Of a stretch of DNA of 64,000 bases, positions 1-11,143 are shown one piece after another. Position numbers and translations under genes: made by a program. Below the pieces are notes generated by a model, which saw nothing but the letters and a program-made list of their open reading frames with translations, made no database searches and was not told the DNA's origin. Position 1 is the stretch's first letter; every line of letters begins with the position of its first letter. The stretch is from Felis catus (taxonomy: Eukaryota), in contig NC_058368.1 of NCBI RefSeq assembly GCF_018350175.1, forward strand, positions 230,952,001 through 231,016,000, written 5' to 3'.

Positions 1-46
1 ATCCAACCCAGGAAAGACATTCGATCACACATTTTTTTTCTTTCTT

Positions 47-264
47 TAAAAAAATCTTTTTTGACGTTTATTTATTTTTGAGGGAGACAGAGACAGAATG
101 CGAGTGGGTTGGGGCAGAGAGACAGGGCGGCACAGAATCAGAAGCAGGCTCCAGGCTCTGAGCCGTCAGCACAGAGCCCGACGCGGGGCTCGAACTCACG
201 AGCCGTGAGATCGTGACCTGAGCCGAAGTCGGACACTCAACCGACTGAGCCACCCAGGCGCCCC
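47..264 (-). mobile_element. CanSINE (SINEC_Fc-type)
   Basis: GGGGCGCCTGGGTGGCTCAGTCGG head, CT tract and A tail on the minus strand. Confidence 0.92.
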
Positions 265-274
265 TTTTTCTCTC

Positions 275-465
275 TTTTTTTAAAAAGTTTATTTATTTTG
301 AGAGAGAGGTGCAGAAAGAGAGGGAGAGAGAGACAGAATCCCAAGCAGGCTCCTCACTGTCAGTGCAGAGCCCGATGCGGGGCTGAAACCCACGAAGAGT
401 GAGATCGGGACCTGAGCTGAAACCAAGAGTCAAACGCTCAACTGACTGAGCCACCCAGGTGCTCC
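275..465 (-). mobile_element. CanSINE (older subfamily)
   Basis: tRNA-like head, CT tract and A tail on the minus strand. Confidence 0.9.
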
Positions 466-753
466 TCACTTTTTCTTCTTTTAAAACACACGCGTACATC
501 TACTGTAAAAGGGAAGTGTAACGCATTTTCCTGGGGAAAAGAAGTGTGAGCCACCTCAGAGGTAATAGTAGAAAATTAAGATCTTCGAGAAGTGAAACAC
601 CAAAACCTTAGAGGGCAGTTCAGAAACCCCTCCGAAGAGCTGTCAGATTTTTATTTTAAGAAGGACTATAGAACAAGCTGGAAGGAGGAATGCATATAAG
701 AAGGAAAAGATTCTCTTCTTTTTTTCTGTCCTTTCCCATTTAAGTTACTGACA

Positions 754-970
754 TCACTGTTTCTCAACAAGAGGCCGTTTTACACGCCCAGGGGACTTTT
801 AGCAATGTCTGGAGACATTTTTGGTTGACTGGGAGGGCGCTAGCATCACCTGGTGGGGAGAGGCCAGGGCAGGTGCTGAATCTCCTACAGTTCCCGGGAT
901 GCCCCCCACCCCCCACCACCACAAAGAATTATCCAGCACCAAATGACAGCAGTAAAAAGATTCAGAAGCT
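754..970. mobile_element. MER20 hAT-Charlie MITE
   Basis: gcaatgtctggagacatttttggttg...acaaagaattatccagc matches the recalled MER20 consensus. Confidence 0.8.
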
Positions 971-1104
971 GCGAGCTATGTGCCCACGACCCTCGGCAGG
1001 AATGTCTAAGTATTTCACCACAGGGATATTTTTCAAGGGGGACAAATATACCACTGCTTTTCATTCATGTGACAAACAATTACTGAGCACATGAATTCAC
1101 AAGT

Positions 1105-1342
1105 AACAATAATAATAACAACCGCCATTGACCAGAGGCTTCCTCCACGCTGGACATACACCCAAGGGCTTTCCACATGGGAGTTCATTCAGTCCCCATT
1201 ACGACTTCCTACAGTCGTTCACCTCCCGTCCCAGCAGAGACCCAGGGCGTTAGGTGACTGGCCCAGGTGTAGGGACGATAAACGAAGGGACTGGAATCAA
1301 GAACCAGGGGTCCTGGCTTCCAAGTCAGTTCTGCTGACCATT
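1105..1342 (-). mobile_element. MIR
   Basis: Degenerate MIR core (ttaggtgactggcccagg...ggaatcaagaaccagg) with the aataataataac end. Confidence 0.65.
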
Positions 1343-2204
1343 CTGCTCGGACAAGGAACAGTTCAGGGTGGGTGGACCACAGGTCTGCACCCGTGAGAAC
1401 CGTGCTGGACTCCGACGCGCAGGGCCCAGGAGGAGGGCACGGGCAAGGGGGAGGAAACCTAACGCCATGAAACCTAATGCCAAATTCATTATCCATAACC
1501 GAGGCCCTGGACGCGCTGCCCTGAAGCAGGCCCATCCCTCAAGAGGCCCCAGAGGCATTTCTGCAATCCTGTAAATGCTTAGCGAACGCCTGAAACTTCC
1601 ATCAGACCCAGAAAAAAAGCGGAATGACGGCCAACACCTGGGCATTTTCCGGAGTGATGGCAAGGCAATTGACCTAAGAACAAAAGGGCTGTAATTCAAA
1701 TTAATTCATCAGGAAAAATGAAGTGATGTGATTAACACCATAAATGCTTGGGTAGAAAAGGAAATTACTAAAGACCTACACTCAATTATAACTAAGCTCC
1801 AGAAGCAGTAAAAGCAGACGAAGCCTCCCCCAAATACAAGAGCATCACAAACACCGGTTAATTAGGAGGAAGCGTCTCTTTGCTGCTATAGGACAGGCAA
1901 GGCCTAAACTCGTCTGAAACTGCTATATCTCGCCTTTCAAAAACGAAACTGTCAGAGTCAAAAGCACAACCAATGGGACTAATTCTAATTATGATCTTTT
2001 TTATTTCCATGAAAGTTTTCCTCTTCGAAGCCTGCCATCACTTACAGGATTTATTTTTCCTCCAGTTTCTCCTAAACCCTCAGGGTAAAGCAGGAGAAAA
2101 AAAAAAAAAAAAATCCAAAGAAGCTGTGACTCGTATAACCCCAATCCAATCGCAAGGAAAATGACAGGCTGAGGACACCATACGGGCCAGTTTGGAGCCA
2201 GGCA

Positions 2205-2507
2205 GGTCATGAGCAGGGAGGTAAGACTGAGAAACTGTCACCGACCACAGGACACTGGGGACACGTGGCAGTTACATGTGGGAGCCTGGATGGGATCCTG
2301 GAACAGAAAGGGGACAGCAATGGGAGAACGGGTGGAATCTGAGTAAAGTCTGGGGTTTAGCTAAGAGTCCTGGACCAACGTTGGCCCCCCAGTAAGACGT
2401 TAATGTGCAGGAAACAACTGAGGACCAGGTGGGACTCTGTGCTATCTTTGTCACTCTCCATTCATCTAAATTATTCCAATAAGAAACTTAACTTGAAAAA
2501 AAAAAAA
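2205..2507 (+). mobile_element. Old L1 (L1MC4-like) 3' end
   Basis: ctggatgggatcctggaacagaaag...catctaaattattcc followed by an A tail. Confidence 0.7.
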
Positions 2508-2690
2508 GTCAGTCCATTAAGCGTCTGACTCTTGATTTCAGCTCAGGTCATGATCTCATGGTTCGGCAGTTCGAGCCCCGCATCGGGCTCTGCGCTGACC
2601 ATACAGAGCCTGCTGGGGATTCTCTTTCCTTCTGGCTCTGCCCCTCCCCACCCTTTCTCAAAAGAAATAAAATAAACAAAGACGAACAAA
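2508..2690 (+). mobile_element. CanSINE, 5'-truncated
   Basis: Begins at gtcagtccattaagcgtctgact; B box and A tail present. Confidence 0.88.
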
Positions 2691-2916
2691 TATGGGCAGG
2701 AAGGAGCTAAGGGTGAAGGACAGCTCATCAGGGAGCAGGGAGGGGTTTGCTATGGGGTGACAAGTGCTGTGACCTCCCGCCCCACCCTGAGGGCTTTGCT
2801 TTCCTTTTTGTTTGTTTCCACTCAGAGGATAACGGCTGCACACCTCAAAGAAACCATTCTTCGCTACATCTGCTAGGCTTAGTCTCTATGGAACTGATTC
2901 CTCTCGATACATATTC

Positions 2917-2942
2917 TTTTTTTATATAAGCTTATTTATTTT

Positions 2943-2994
<52 letters not shown>

Positions 2995-3146
2995 ACAAGC
3001 AGGGGAGGGCCAGAGAAAGAGGGAGAGACAGTGAATCTGTCAGCACAGAGCCTGACGTGGGGCTTAAACTCACGAACCCATGAGATCATTACCTGAGCGG
3101 AAAGGAAGAGTCGGACACTTAACCGACTGAGCCACCCAGGTGCCCC
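2917..3146 (-). mobile_element. CanSINE with long (CT)n, 80 bp downstream of the 141-nt exon donor
   Basis: Head at 3146, (GA)n tract, degenerate TSD atacatattcttt/atacacattcttt. Confidence 0.92.
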
Positions 3147-3225
3147 GTCAATACACATTCTTTCAAGGGCCAAAATCAGCACTTCCTGAGACCCCTGGGA
3201 CCGCACAGGGCAGGTAGACACATAC

Positions 3226-3366
3226 CTGCCAACATCAGGGCTCGGATGCATTCCGTCCGGCCCTGCATGGCGGCTTTCATCAGGGCCGTGAACCCAAACA
3301 CGTTCCTCCTTTCAAGGTCAAGGCCGGGAAAATAGTTCAACAAGTAGTTGGTGATGGTGGCATGTC
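3226..3366 (-). CDS. ANKRD33B: ANKRD33B internal coding exon (probably exon 3), ankyrin repeat
   Basis: Minus strand reads ttctctttgcag|GA CAT GCC...GCA G|gtatgt. The exon is 141 nt, phase 1/1, and in frame with the 21307-21436 exon. It translates to (G)[46 protein letters not shown](G), including the ankyrin G-x-T-A-L motif. Confidence 0.95.
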
Positions 3367-4349
3367 CTGCAAAGAGAATTACACACGTTTACTGACCACC
3401 TTCCACAAGGAGTGTGCACCCCAGTGAAGCATTCTTCCTAGAGAGAGAAGGTCCCATGGTCGACCTCCCGGGCCAGCCCACTTGCGGGGGGTGGGGGTGG
3501 GGGTTGCCTCTTAGACACAAGAAATAATTCTCATGAAGTCCGGTAAACAGGAAGACACAGGGAGCCAGCCTGGTTCACTCTGGTTCCCTTTGGCCCGCCC
3601 CCTTGAGGGTTCAGCTGTCCATCAAACTGGTAAGGAGGGAGCGTGGGGGTGGGGGTGGGGGTGGAAACTGAGCTGAACTAGCCTCCAGCGACACTGGCTG
3701 GTCGGGGGAAGGTTCCAGATGCTGTCAGCTCCCAGCAGGAGATGCCAAGGCAAACAGATGCAGAACGAAAAAGGAACCTCAGAGCCATTTCTCAGCGCTC
3801 CCAAAGAGAAGGTCACCATCACACCAATAGGATACGCCCGTTCATGCTGTCACTGTCCATTACCACTCAGACATGTCTGTCTATCCGTCCGTCTGCCTGT
3901 CTCTCACACACACACGAACAGGCAGACAGGGAACTGGGAAAGATTGCTACCCAGACCCAGCCATAACCTAAGCTGCTAAGAACATTCATTTCAGAATACA
4001 GATTTTCCACTCCCACCCCCAAAAAAAGAATATAGATTCTCCCCTTTATCACCTTGCACCTCCAAAAAGGACCCGATTTTCTGCTCATTCCCAAAGGGGT
4101 TCCTCAAAAGCCCACAAGTTCTTGGATCTGGGTGAATAAGGAGAATGCCAGGTAAAAAGCATTATACCCAGGATTCTCCTGGCTCAACCCCAGAAAACCA
4201 AAATGGAGGGGGGAGCTCCTCAAATACAGCTACCAGGGCCACATTAAGAGATTCTCGGGTCAAATAAACATGCTGCCCGATGCCCGCCGCTATACTGAAG
4301 TCCTAGTGTGAAATGACACCCTGCGTCCCTCCACTTCAGTCACCTAGGG

Positions 4350-4700
4350 CAGGGTCCCAAGCTTGGGGCTAGTGACATTTGGGGCCAGATTATTCTTGTT
4401 GTAGGACTGCCCTGGGCATTGTAGGATGGTTAGCAGCATCCCTGGTCTCCACCCTTAGATGCCGGGGGCATCCACATCTCTCCTCCTGCCCAGGTATGAC
4501 AACCAAGACTGGAAGAGTCTGCGCCCGAATTTTTGTTGACAGCAGGCAGCCATGAGGCCTCACCTCCTCTGCCACATCCCAGATCTCATGCAGCGACTGT
4601 CCTAGAGTCAGCCAGGGTTGGAGGGCAGCGGGGGGGAAGTGGCCAAATATTGCCAAATATCCCCGGTGTTGGACAAATCCCCCCTGTTCAGAGCTCTTGC
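4350..4700. mobile_element. MER20 interrupted by a ~135-bp non-MER20 insertion (4509-4644)
   Basis: tgacatttggggccagattattcttg...gcagcatccctgg...gacaaccaa [insert] attgccaaatatcccc. Confidence 0.82.
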
Positions 4701-6072
4701 CCTAGGGGCTCAGATTTCACAGTTTGAGGACCAAACGCATGGAGGTGGGAGATGGCTTTCTCTCCACCTCCCCTTCACCTGGGCCCCTGCACCCCCAGGC
4801 CCTTCCCTGCACCCGCAGACCCTCCCCGCAGCTGCCATCTGACCCCGGCCCCTGCTGACTCAGCTAACCTACGCTGGAGACGGCAAGAGCCTGCGCGACA
4901 CCATCTCCTGGGCCTCCGGCTCTCCGAACCCCCCCATTCTTTCCAGCGCACACGTGCTCCAGGGGAACCCCCACTGTCAGTCAGGCTGCAGCCATGGGGC
5001 CTCGTGGACACTCCAGTGCTCTCTGAGGTTAAGTAGGTATCACCTCCTCCCCCAAGGGAGGCCTCTGCACCATGGAGATGCCAGACCCATGAGGCCACTT
5101 CCCCCCCACGCTGGCTGACTCTAGAACAGTCCCTACATGAGATCTGGGATGTGGCAGAGGAGGTGAGGCCTCACGGCTGCCCACTCTCGACAAAAATTGG
5201 GGTGCGGACTCTTCTAGAAGCATTACTGGCTGCCTACCACAGACCTCAGCCCATCTCCTGAACTCATGGCAAAAACTGAAAGGTGAACCGTGAAGCTTTC
5301 TGAGAGAGAAACATTAACTAACAGCACGACCTTGCCGGGAACAAGCCAGAAACACACGGGTGCCACACACCAGCCGTGACTCACAGTTTCCGACCAGCTC
5401 GTGCTTCGACTCACTGTGCCCTCCGTTGTCATCAAAGGTGCCGGGGAGGGTATGATGCCAGCCACCAGGTGCCCAGAGCAGCTTAATTGCTCTAAACTGT
5501 CAGGGACGGGAGGGTCCTTTGATCTCAGTCAGATTTGTCACCCAGCTGAACGCTCTGCGGCACCTGTCACTTAGATTTAGCCAGGGTCGAAGTGCAACGA
5601 ATTGCAATTCGTTCCGAGCCATTTCTTCTAAAATGCGTGTCTGTCGTGATTTGCACCAGGATGTCCTTTGCACCAATATATCCTAAACGCTTTGAACAGG
5701 CGGAGAGAGGAAAATTTGAAAATCCACACTGCAAACAGCCCATTATACAGAACTGTTCTGCTTGTTATGTTGAGCTCAGGAAAATCAACGTGTGGCTGAC
5801 GCCTTCTGACATCCAGGCCTGAGCTTCCAATGACCCAGGAAATCCATCCTGCCTCCCCACTGGCTTTCTCAGGATATCAGAATAATCCCTCTTTAACACA
5901 GATGGTCTTGTTCAATGAAATCAACAGTGGACAAGATGCTTCTAAGGACATAGAGATATTAACCTGTCTTCTGTAAATAACAAGACAATAGGTCCAAAAT
6001 GGAATCACTATGCTAAGTCCTCAGTCACCAAACAGTTTTTAATTACAGTTTGGCTCTCCCAGAAATGGAATC

Positions 6073-6215
6073 TTAGAGCGAACAGGAGAGGGGCAGAGAG
6101 AGAGAGGGAGAGAGAGAATCCCAAGCAGGCTGTATGCTGTCAGGGCAGAGTCCAATGCAGGGCGCAATCCCACAAAGCGTGAGATCATGACCTGAGCTGG
6201 AATCAAGAGTTGGAG
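6073..6215 (-). mobile_element. CanSINE fragment
   Basis: SINE body with B box and CT tract; head missing. Confidence 0.85.
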
Positions 6216-6499
6216 TAATAGAGATAGATAGACACAGAGGACAAACACACACAGCCTTGCTTACATAACCAGAACATGCACCATACTGAAATCTAGTTTG
6301 AGCCCCGTCCAACCTTCTGGGATTACATTTAGTTCCTGAAGTCCTCGGATGAAACCCTTTCAAAAGATGGGCTCTCCATTGAGACCTCCAAAGCAACCCC
6401 CATGAGCTTTACCCTGCCTAAGAGAAGGGCACAAGTGACCCAGGGGCTAAGTGAATTCTGGATGAATTAACTTCAGTGGTATGATTAAGCAACAGCGTA

Positions 6500-6710
6500 G
6501 ACAGAGAACTTAGTGCTTAGAAGAGCTGACTGCGAGAACACCCAAGTTCAAGTCCCAGCCTGCCACTGAAAAGGTGGGTGACGTTGGGAAGGTGAGCCAA
6601 CTTCACTGAGTCTCTGTTTCCACTTCTAGAAAATGGGAGATAATATCGACCTCACCGTTTTTGAAAATTACAGACAGTGTGTGTAAAAAAAAGTGCCTTG
6701 CAGAAAAATT
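6500..6710 (+). mobile_element. MIR
   Basis: MIR core agttcaagtcccagc...aacttcactgagtctctgtttccacttctagaaaatgggagataata. Confidence 0.8.
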
Positions 6711-6719
6711 CCAGATAAT

Positions 6720-7884
6720 TCATGCAGGTCTACCCTCTGAAGGCAGTGGAACGTAACAACCCGCTCCTTACGCGCAGCTCTGCAGAGTGACTTCCTTTCA
6801 AGGAGACTATGGTGAGCAGGGAGGGGACAGTGGAGACACTTATCAAACACAACAGCCTCAGCCAGGTGACCAAGGTGAACATCCATGGTGGTAAGTCATG
6901 TTGACGGCCGTACTGACAAAGATTCTGTGCTTGACCAAACTTCAGTTGGGCTCCTGAACCCTCTCCCTGGCCCCTCTGTGCATTTCCTTAGAAAATCTAG
7001 TTTTAGCAAGAACTCCATTCAGTTTGACCAGCACCACCCTCCATATCTGATCACGGTCCTCACCCTCCATACCGCCCCCCTGCCCCGGGAATGACAGATC
7101 ACCCTGTCCTGTCTTCAGCAAGAATCCTGTTACCTCAGTTTAGCCAGAACTCCCTTTACCCCGGATATTCTTCTGAGTGATTTTCCACCTGCTGTCCCTC
7201 ACCCTGTTCCTTGGCTATAAATTCCCACTTGCCCATGCTGTATTGGGAGCAGAGCCAAACCCCCTCCACCATCTGCAAAATCCCATGGCAGCGGTCCCTG
7301 TACCTATCTCAGTGAAGATAGTCTTTCACTCAATGAAGATAGTCTTCACCTGAATGAAGTCTTTCGCCATCTTTAACGACTGTCACTGCATTTTTTTTTT
7401 TAAAACAGGACCTTTGGTAAGATGTGACGAGAACAGTACTTTCCTCCGTGGTCCTCCCTGTCAAAAGTTACAACCCTAGTCTAACCACGAGGAAACATAA
7501 GGCACGCCCAAACTGAGGGATACTCTACAAACTACCTGACCCGTACTCCCCACACCGTCAAGGTCACAAAAACAAGGAAAGTATGAGAAACCATCACAGA
7601 CAAGAGAAGCCTCACATGACAACTAAATGCAACGTGGAACCCCACATGGGACCTGGAACAGAAGAAGGGCATCGGAGAAAAGCTGATAAAGTCGGAGTAA
7701 AGAATGGACATGAGTGAATGCTAATAAAGCATCGATACTGTTCATTCACTGTGTCAAACGTATATCACTAATGTAAGATCTAACCACAGGGGAACCGGGT
7801 GTGGGTATAAGAGACTCTCTCTACCACCTCTGGAGCTCTTCCGTGAGTCCAACTGTTGTAAAATCAAAAGTGTGTTTTCAAAAA
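6720..7884 (+). mobile_element. Old L1 3' region (L1MC/L1MD-like) split by a solo LTR
   Basis: cctcagccaggtgaccaaggtgaacatc...taagtcatgttga [LTR] ...acatgacaactaaatgcaacgtgg...ctggaacagaa. Confidence 0.72.
6914..7407 (+). mobile_element. ERV1 solo LTR (MER39-like)
   Basis: TG...CA termini, start tgacaaagattctgtgcttgaccaaactt, TATA-like ggctataaat, and a 4-bp near-TSD gtac/ggac. Confidence 0.75.
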
Positions 7885-8341
7885 GGGGGATCTAGCATGG
7901 GGCCACTCAACAAGAATACAAGGTCAGGACAATGATTCTGGGTGGGCAGCTGGGTGTGGATCCTCTCCCCGCTGCACCCAAGCCTTCCTGGGCGGTGGGT
8001 GGGCAATGAGCCCTGGGAGGGCAGGCGGGTGGAGAGGCGTGGCTGACTCTGAGGGCCCCTGAAGACCTGACCGGACAGGCCTTGATGACTGGCTGAGCCA
8101 GGAGCAGAGACTAAAAAGCTGAAGCTGAGTTCTGGTATCGCCCTGCCGCCAGGTTTCTGGCTCCAATATGGATGGCCAAGAGCATCATCGCCGAGTGAGT
8201 GTATGAGGGTGGAAATCCGTGACAGCCATGGTGCCCATGGATGGAAAAGGTCGCCTGGATCCCCCACCCAGCCCACCTATGCTGTTTCCCAGCTGACTAT
8301 CCCCCATGTCCCATGTGGAAAATTTTTAACTCTCCCACTGC

Positions 8342-8460
8342 TTTTTTTCTTTCTTTTTTTTTTTAATGTGGAACTTCATGAATTCGCATGCCATCTTGCA
8401 CAGAGGCAAGGCGATCTCTGTATCGCTCCGCGTTGAGCACGTGGCTGCCGAAGCGAGCAC
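8342..8460 (-). pseudogene. U6 snRNA retropseudogene with poly(A) tail
   Basis: Minus strand reads GTGCTCGCTTCGGCAGC...GATACAGAGA...GAAGTTCCACATT followed by an A-rich tail (8342-8364). Degenerate TSD aactctcccact / aactttcccact. The AGC triad is destroyed. Confidence 0.92.
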
Positions 8461-8873
8461 AAACTTTCCCACTCTTAAATCACCTACCTCCCAGCCAACC
8501 CCACTCTCAGGAGATGACACACACTCTACCTCACAAAGGGAACAGAAAACCACAAGAAGTGAACCCCCGACTTTCCCTCACCACCCCCACAAACTTCCCC
8601 ACATCCACAAGCAGTCTCTCGTCCTTCCCTCCTTAAGAAAAAAGAAGGGTGACTCTTCTATTTAAAGATGCCAATCTCTCCTCCCCTTCCAGTGCTTTAA
8701 AAACTCTCTCTGCCCACTTCTGTGGAATATCTGTGCTACTGATGACCTCCTCTCTCTTCAACCTCTCCCTCCTAGCAAATCCACTCTGATCAGATTGCAC
8801 TGATGGCTCAAATTTTTCACTTTGTCCTTTGTCACATGACCTCACAGTTCTTCTGTTAAGAAAAACATTGGCT

Positions 8874-9041
8874 GGGGCGCCTGGGTGGCTCAGTCGGTTG
8901 AGTGACTGACTTCGGCTCAGGTCATGATCTCACAGCTCGTGAGTTCAAGCCCCACGTCGGGCTCTGTGCTGACAGTGCGGAGCCTGAAGCCTGCTTCAGA
9001 GTCTGTGTCTCCCTCTCTCTCTACCCATTCCCCACTCATGG

Positions 9042-9078
<37 letters not shown>

Positions 9079-9179
9079 CCCAAAAATGAATAAAACATTT
9101 TTAAAAATCCAAGTATGTTAAAATAAATAAATAATAAAATAAAATAAAATAAAATAAAATAAAATAAAATAAAATAAAA
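8874..9179 (+). mobile_element. CanSINE with (AAAAT)n-extended tail
   Basis: Full head and CT tract; (AAAAT)n array at about 9135-9179. Confidence 0.9.
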
Positions 9180-9498
9180 GGCATAATGCAAGCAGAAGCT
9201 TGAAACACACTTACTTGGCTAAACTCCTTCTCGCACTTGTGCCTTAGCTATCTTCATAAGAAAAACACGCCCAAGCCAGCCTGATGGTCCCAGGAAGAGG
9301 ACAGGAAGTCCATGGAGCAGACCTGCCATAGCTGGAGTACACAAGCACACTCTAGAACAGGGTCCAGCTCACTCACACACATGTGAGCAAAAGTAATCTA
9401 GATTATCTGATCCCCAGTCCATTCAACGATGCATGAACAACAAATATATCTTAAACTAGAGTTTGGGGTTGCTTGTTACGCAGCAATAGCTAACTGGA
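9180..9498 (+). mobile_element. MaLR LTR fragment (old MLT1)
   Basis: 3' end gagtttggggttgcttgttacgcagcaatagctaactg is typical of old MLT1 LTRs. Confidence 0.7.
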
Positions 9499-9551
9499 TG
9501 TTCATGTGAACGGGTCTCCCATCTTAAAAAAATTTCATACATACATATGAC

Positions 9552-9910
9552 TGTCTTAGTCCATTCAGGCTGCTGTAACAAACTGCCACAGAATGGGTGG
9601 CTCAAACAACAAATATTTCTAGTTCACAGTTCTATTGTCTAGGAGTCCAAGATCAAGATATCAGCAGATTCGGTCTCTGGTAAGCACTGATTCTTGGTTC
9701 ATAAACAGCTGTCTTCTTGTTGTGTCCCCACATGGCAGAATGGGGGAGGGAACTTTCTGGAGTCTCTTTTCTAAAAACACTAATGCTATTCATGAGGGCT
9801 CCACCATCATGACCTCATCATCTCCCAAAAGCCCACCTCATAATACCATCATCTTGGGGGTCAGGATTTAACACAAGTCTGGAAGGAACACAAACATCCA
9901 GTCCATTGCA
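9552..9910 (-). mobile_element. MaLR solo LTR (MLT1A-like)
   Basis: tgtcttagtccattcaggctgctgtaacaa...catccagtccattgca, with a perfect 5-bp TSD atgac on both sides. Confidence 0.88.
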
Positions 9911-9959
9911 ATGACCAGTAATAATCCTGTGAACCTGTCTGCCCATTCCAACCCCGACC

Positions 9960-10880
9960 CTCAGTCATCTGACTTCTAAGCTCAACTTCCTGAGTCATCC
10001 ACTCTCACTCTTGCTACTTACACTCCCCAAATCCTCCTGAAAGTACTTTCCATCAGTCCCCAATGACCATGTTGTAGGGGAACCCAATGGCTATCAGTCC
10101 GTTTTCCTCTTCCTTGACGTCTTCATAGTTTACCCCTTGTCTTGTTCCACTCTTTCGAAACACTCTTTTTCCATGGATATCCTGATAGTTCACCCTTCTG
10201 ATTTTCCTCCTATCTCTCCAGCCACTCCTCAATTTCCTTTATGAGAGTCTCTGTTCTCTTTTTCCTGAAATGCTGTTGTGCCTCAGATGCAAGACGAAGC
10301 CCTCCTCTTATCCATACACTCTTCCTTGGTGACCTATCCGTTCTCCTGGATCCAGATATCACTCTAGAACTCCCAGACTGCTTATCTCTAGCTCTGTCCC
10401 TCTTCGTGACTTTCTTAGCTAAATATCTGTCTAATGGATATTTCATCTTGAGTGTCCCACAAACAAATCAAACCCAAAACAGGTTTCTTCGAAACCTGTT
10501 CCTCTCTCTCACATTCCTTATTCAGTGATGAACATCACCAATCACCTAGGTGTCCAAGCCAGAAATCTGGGCTTCGTCTTCAGCCCTCCCTCACTTTTTC
10601 CCCCATCCAAAGTTATCATGCAATTCTGCCAACCCCATCTCTTAAATATCTTGCAAGTCTATTCTTGTCTCCCCATCCCCATAACTACTCCCTGATCTAG
10701 ACCATCACATCCCCAAGGGCTACAGCCCATCTCCTAACTGTCCTCCTTAGTTCCATTTATGCCTTCTCATCAATTCTCCACATTACCAATATGATAACTC
10801 CAAGAAGAAATTCTTCTGGTCAAGAAAACTACTACTTAAAACCCTTAATGGTTCTACTACTTCACAACTCTTTAGAAAGC
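9960..10880 (+). mobile_element. LINE-2 fragment
   Basis: Pyrimidine-rich L2 3' ORF region motifs (ttttcctcctatctctc, ctccagactgc-like, ccaagccagaaatctggg, ctacttaaaacccttaatgg). Confidence 0.72.
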
Positions 10881-10891
10881 TAGCTCCTTTT

Positions 10892-11112
10892 GGGGCACCT
10901 GGGTGGCTCAGCTGGTTAAGCATCTGACTCTTGAGTTCAGCTCAGGTCATGATCTCAGGGTTCTGTGAGTTCACCTGCACCAGGCTCTGTGCTGACAGTG
11001 TGGAGACTGCTTGGGATTCTCTCTCTCTCTCCCTCTCTTTCTGCCCCTCCCCTGCTCGCCCTTTCTCTCTCAAAATAAATAAACAAAAACTTTAAAAACA
11101 AATAAAATAAAC
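10892..11112 (+). mobile_element. CanSINE
   Basis: Head, CT tract and A tail; TSD tagctcctttt. Confidence 0.9.
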
Positions 11113-11143
11113 ACTTAGCTCCTTTTAATCTGGCCCTGCTCCC

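Noticed and set aside
1732..1811. Plus-strand frame INTINAWVEKEITKDL, reminiscent of the serpin INxWV motif
   Set aside because: The similarity covers only a few residues, the frame is closed by stops on both sides, and there is no other serpin sequence.
8342..8460. Functional U6 or variant snRNA gene
   Set aside because: It has a poly(A) tail and TSD, no recognisable upstream PSE/TATA, a mutated AGC triad and several deletions.
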